A model generated the notes under the pieces. That model did no database searches. It was not told the origin of the DNA and saw only the letters and a program-made list of their open reading frames with translations. Source: Squalus acanthias (Eukaryota). Taken from it: 64,000 nucleotides of DNA. The DNA lies in the NCBI GenBank assembly GCA_030390025.1, contig CM059432.1, forward strand, positions 138,386,001 through 138,450,000, given 5' to 3'. The translations under genes were made by a program, and so were the position numbers. Position 1 is the first letter of the stretch; each line of letters starts with the position of its first letter. Shown one piece after another: positions 59,700 through 64,000 of this stretch.

Positions 59700-61010
59700 T
59701 ACATAGGATTATATAGGATATACGGCACAGAAACAGGCCATTCGGCCCAACCAGTCAATGCCGGTGTTTATGCTCCACACGAGCCTCCTCCTGTCTTTCC
59801 TCATCTAAATCTATCAGCATAACCCTCTATTCCCTTCTCCCTCATATGATTGTCCAGCCTCCCCTTAAATGCATCTATACTATTCACTTCCACCACTCCC
59901 TGTGGTAGCAAGTTCCACATTCTCACCACTCTTTGGGTAAAGAAGTTTCTTCTGAATTCCCTATTGGATTTCTTGGTGACTATCTTATATTGATGGCCTC
60001 TGGTTTTGCCCTTCCCCACAAGTGGAAACATTCTCTCTGTATCCACTCTATCAAAACCTTTCATAATTTTAAAGACCTCTATTAGGTCACCCCTCAGCCC
60101 TCTTTTTTCAAGAGAAAAGAGACCCAGCCTGTTCATCCTTTCCTGATATGTATACCCTTGCATTTCTGGTATCATCCTTGTAAACCTTCTCTGCACCCTC
60201 TCCGGTGCCTCTCTATCCTTTTTATAATATGGTGACCAGAACTGTACGCAGTACTTTAAATGTGGTCCAACCAAGGTTCGATACTGTCTGTGTGGAGTTT
60301 GCACATTCTCCCCGTGTCTGCGTGGGTTTCCTCCGGGTGCTCCGGGTTCCTCCCACAGTCCAAAAATGTGTGGGTTAGGTTGATTTGGCTATGATAAATT
60401 GACCCTTAGTGTTAGGGGGGATTAAATATGTGGGGTTATGGGGATAGGATGGGATATGTTAGGGGGAATTAAATACGTGGGGTTACGGGGGTAGGGTGGA
60501 ATATGTGTACTGTGGGGATTAAAGCAGGGACAGGGTACTGGATTTGGATGATCAGCCATGATCGTATTGAATGGCGGAGCAGGCTCGACGGGCCGAATGG
60601 CCTACTCCTGCTCCTAGATTCTATGTTTCTATGTTTCTAGGTTTAGCATAACTTCCCTACTTTTCAATTCTATCCCTCTAGAAATAAACCCTAGTGCTTG
60701 GTTTGCTTTTTTTAATGGCCTTGCTAACCTGTGGCGCAACTTTTAGTGATTTGTGTATTTGTACTCCGAGATCCCTTTGCTCCTCTACCCCACCTAGACT
60801 CGCACCCTCCAAGTAATAAATGACCTCCCTATTCTTCCTACCAAAATGTAATACCTCACGTTTATCTGTGCTGAACTTCATTTGCCATTTATATGCCCAT
60901 TCTGCAAGTTTATTAATGTCCTCCTGTAACTTGTTGCAGTCCTCCTCAGTATTGACTACCCCCCCCCCCCAATTTGATGTCATCCGCAAATTTAGAAATT
61001 GTATTTTTGA
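59700..61010 (-). mobile_element. CR1 LINE RT 3' fragment, split by a V-SINE
   Basis: NTEEDCNKLQEDINKLAEWA..WQMKF and YRTLVGPHLKYCVQFWSP on the minus strand. Confidence 0.9.
60284..60638 (+). mobile_element. V-domain SINE (HE1-like), 5'-truncated, with a CR1-type tail
   Basis: V-domain TGTGTGGAGTTTGCACATTCTCCCCGTGTCTGCGTGGGTTTCCTCCGGGTGCTCCGG. Internal repeats of about 48 bp. Tail GATCAGCCATGATC..GGCCGAATGGCC..(TTCTATGT)n is shared with CR1 ends. Confidence 0.85.
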
Positions 61011-61049
61011 TGCGACCTTTAGGGGCAGCTAAAGGTCACATTCCATGTT

Positions 61050-61330
61050 GGAATCAATGGCATAGGAAGAAAGAGAATTAAGGTACCGCAAACAGAGTTT
61101 TAGCAATTGAGATGCTAAAGAGGATATTAATGTCAGGACTACTCCTGGTTCCATGCAGTAGTCAGTGTATGAATAGCATGATAAGGGATTGAAAGGCGTG
61201 ACTAGAACGATGATATATAGAAGGGAAGTGTTCAAATTCTTGGGACATTGGGACCAGTTCAGGAGAGGAGAGGTCTGTACAGAACAACAGGCTCCACCTG
61301 AACAAAGCTTGGACCAGTACAAAAGCTGGG
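61050..61330 (+). mobile_element. Decayed CR1 ORF1 SGNH-esterase fragment
   Basis: FKFLGHWDQF..LY...LHLN resembles the CR1 ORF1 esterase D.LHL motif. Confidence 0.5.
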
Positions 61331-61349
61331 AAAGTATAAACCCCGCCCT

Positions 61350-61490
61350 AGAGACTTGAGCACAAAAACCAGGCTGACACTCCAGTGCAGTACTGAGGGA
61401 ATGCTGCACTGTCGGAGGTGCCGTCTTTTGGATGAGATGTTCAACCGAGGCCCCGTCTGCTCTCTCAGGTGGACGTAAAAGACACCGTGA
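61350..61490 (+). mobile_element. Deu-domain SINE fragment
   Basis: GCTGACACTCCAGTGCAGTACTGAGGGA..GGAGGTGCCGTC core. Confidence 0.75.
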
Positions 61491-62689
61491 CCTATATTAC
61501 CCCAGTATGCCCACTCCACTCTGTGCTGAACTATATTCAGGATATACTGGGCTCCACAGATGATCCATGCAAATACAGATATTATAAAAATGCATCCTTC
61601 TGCTTTTAAAATACATGGGGTGATCTTACCGTGAATCGTATTCATGCACGGTATTATCTTTACTAAAACGAAACAGGTGAACAGAACACTTCTCAACAAA
61701 AACTGCTTTTGTTTCGGAGCAAATACTTCCCAGAAAAATTCTACTCCCTCTTAAAAAGACTCGACTCCGTTGTGAGCGGAGGCGTCTCCTGCTCACATGT
61801 GCTTCAGGCCGAGATTGCGAAGGACGTGAACTGCTGAGGCTTGAATTTTTTCTTTTTATGTATTTGGGGAATAAAAACAATTCTTTCAATTTCTAGGGAC
61901 CCTTTATTCTAGCCAAGCTTTTGAAAAAAAATAAATCAGTCGACAATTGCTGACTGATTTGCTATGGAAATACGGACAATAAATTTAGATAGCTCTGGTC
62001 TTTTTATAGTTTTCGCTCGTAAATAAACCTCCATCAGTAAGTGGCACTGAAACTTAAGTCGTGCATGGAATAGAGACAAATTAAACTTTAGCTTTTGTTT
62101 TCTGATTCTTTTTAAAAAGGAGAGAAAAAAAATCCACCACCATGGGGACAGGTGTTAATCTCTCCTATAAAATATCTGTGAACATTGTGGAAATAGTAAA
62201 GGGCTCTTTCGAAGTGTTGATAAGAACCCAACCATTATATGACAGTCTGCTGTTGTCATTTGATTAATTTGCACACATACCAAAACTTCAGATGGATGAG
62301 TCACCCAACAACTGCAACCGCTCAAAGATGTTGCTGACTTGGCAAAATAATTATTCTTCAAACTGTCAGCATGTGTGTTGAAAGACTGGTGCTGACAGTT
62401 TTACTTGCTTGTGTTCCTTCATGAACCATGACTCGGAGATGGATTCCAAATACTGTCGGTGCAACAAACAATTTGTCTACTCCTTCCAGCTTCTCATCCA
62501 AGCACTCCACGGTCCATCTTACATCACATCAAGATGTCTGCTGACTGACCGTAGATGCCATGCTAAGCATGACAAGAACCTTATTAGCAGGCCACTAGAA
62601 ACTATAAGGAGCTGGCAGTGATCCGCATTGAAATTACCATGTTGGAAATACACAGTACATTGGTCAGTGTCTGAAGAAAGAAAGAAAGA

Positions 62690-63385
62690 AGACTTGCCTT
62701 TCACCGTGTCCCAAAGCGCTTTACAGCCAATGAAGTATTTTTGAAGTGTAGTCTCTGTTGTAATGTAGGAATCACGGCAGCCAATTTGCACACAGCAAAC
62801 TCCCACAAACAGCAATGTGATAATGACCAAATAATCTGTTTTAGTGATGTTGGTAGAGGGATAAATATTGCCCAGGACACCAGGGAGAACTCCCCTGATC
62901 TTCTTCAAAATACAGGAAACTCTTTATTAACCGGCACCGACGGGACCGGCGTGGTGCCGGTTTATCGAAAGTACCGGATAACGGAGAGTTATATCTACCG
63001 AGGCTATTTTTAACAAAGAAAAATAAATAAATCAAGAAATGTGCAGTATACTTCCGACAGCGCCAGGAGGCCGAGTAGTGGCACTTTTGAAAACTACCCC
63101 TACTGACTAAATCGGCGTTCGCGGACTCGGACTCGGACTCGGGATCGGCAACATTGCCGGTTATTTGAGAGGAGTTTTCGGAGTACTCGGCATTCGCGGA
63201 GACTCGACTGCGACTCAGCAACATTGCCGGTTATTTGAGAGGAGTTTTCGGAGGATGATTTTTGCCGGTTAAGCGAGAATTCCGGATATTTGGGTGCCGG
63301 ATAAACAAAAGTTTCCTGTAGTGCCGTGGGATCTTTACGTCCACCTGAGAGGGCAGACGGGACCTCTGTTTAACGTCTCATCCAA
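62690..63385 (-). mobile_element. Deu-domain SINE split by a TA-targeting MITE
   Basis: CTTCTTCAAAATA at 62900 resumes as TAGTGCCGTGGGATC at 63319. Confidence 0.8.
62913..63318. mobile_element. Tc1/mariner (pogo/Tigger-like) MITE
   Basis: TIR CAGGAAACT..TT.ACCGGCACC / GGTGCCGGATAA..AGTTTCCTG, with TA duplicated at 62911-62912 and 63319-63320. Confidence 0.85.
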
Positions 63386-63669
63386 AAGATATTAAGAGCA
63401 AAGTCTCACTGGCAACACGCATGTAGATAGTGCAAGTCTAGTGCAATGCTTGTTCTGTACTTGGCATTGCCAATATTCAGCTACAAAGCATTTGTTTTAA
63501 TTAGTTCCCTCGACTGTTTGCTTGGGACTCTCTTACTTCCATGCAGTACCTGGGAGGGTAGGATAGCCTACAGTCTTCCCCCTGACCATCACCAAAGCCA
63601 ATTCTGCTTCACCACAGTCAGAGACTGAGAAAGCAGCTGGTGAGACACGCAAGTCATTCCTTCAGGAAA

Positions 63670-64000
63670 GACTAAACAGGCCTCCTCTAGAAAAGAGAAG
63701 GCTGAGGGGTGACCTGATCGAGGTCTTTAAGATTATGAAAGAGTTTGATAGGGTAGACGTAGAGAAGATGTTTCCACTTATGGGGGAGAGAAAAAACTCG
63801 GGGCCATAAATATAAGATAGTCACTAATAAATCCAATAGGGAATTCAGGAGAAACTTCTTTACCCAGAGAGTGGTGAGAATGTGGAACTCGCTACCACAA
63901 GGAGTAGTTGAGGCGAATAGTATAGATGCATTTTAGGGGAAGCTAGATAAGCATATGAGGGAGAAAGGAATAGAAGGATATGTTGATGGGGTTCGATGAA
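63670..64000 (+). mobile_element. CR1 3' fragment running off the window
   Basis: LEKRRLRGDLIEVFKIMK..FFTQRVVRMWNSL. Confidence 0.85.

Overview
Repeat-dominated vertebrate genomic DNA, most likely intronic or intergenic. The repeat set (Deu-domain tRNA SINEs with L2-type tails, a V-domain SINE with a CR1-type tail, many CR1 and L2 LINE fragments) points to a cartilaginous fish. I cannot assign the species and recognise no host protein-coding exon. There are three main structured systems. (1) A 4.2 kb PIF/Harbinger transposon (37910-42119) carries a three-exon Myb/SANT gene with an intact frame and a convergent, mildly decayed HARBI1-type DDE transposase. Two internally deleted derivatives share the same deletion junction, and many GC-rich MITEs are present. 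(2) Two families of Penelope-like 3' ends carry minimal type I hammerhead ribozyme motifs. One family is tied to a GIY-YIG C-terminus at 31120-31285. Several copies are fold-back insertions with 10-14 bp target-site duplications (TSDs), including a perfect, loop-less 184 bp palindrome at 8921-9104 that encodes a hammerhead on both strands. (3) Nested LINE, SINE and DNA-transposon insertions allow relative dating. Boundaries of decayed repeats are approximate (tens of bp). Family names come from pattern recognition, not a database search.
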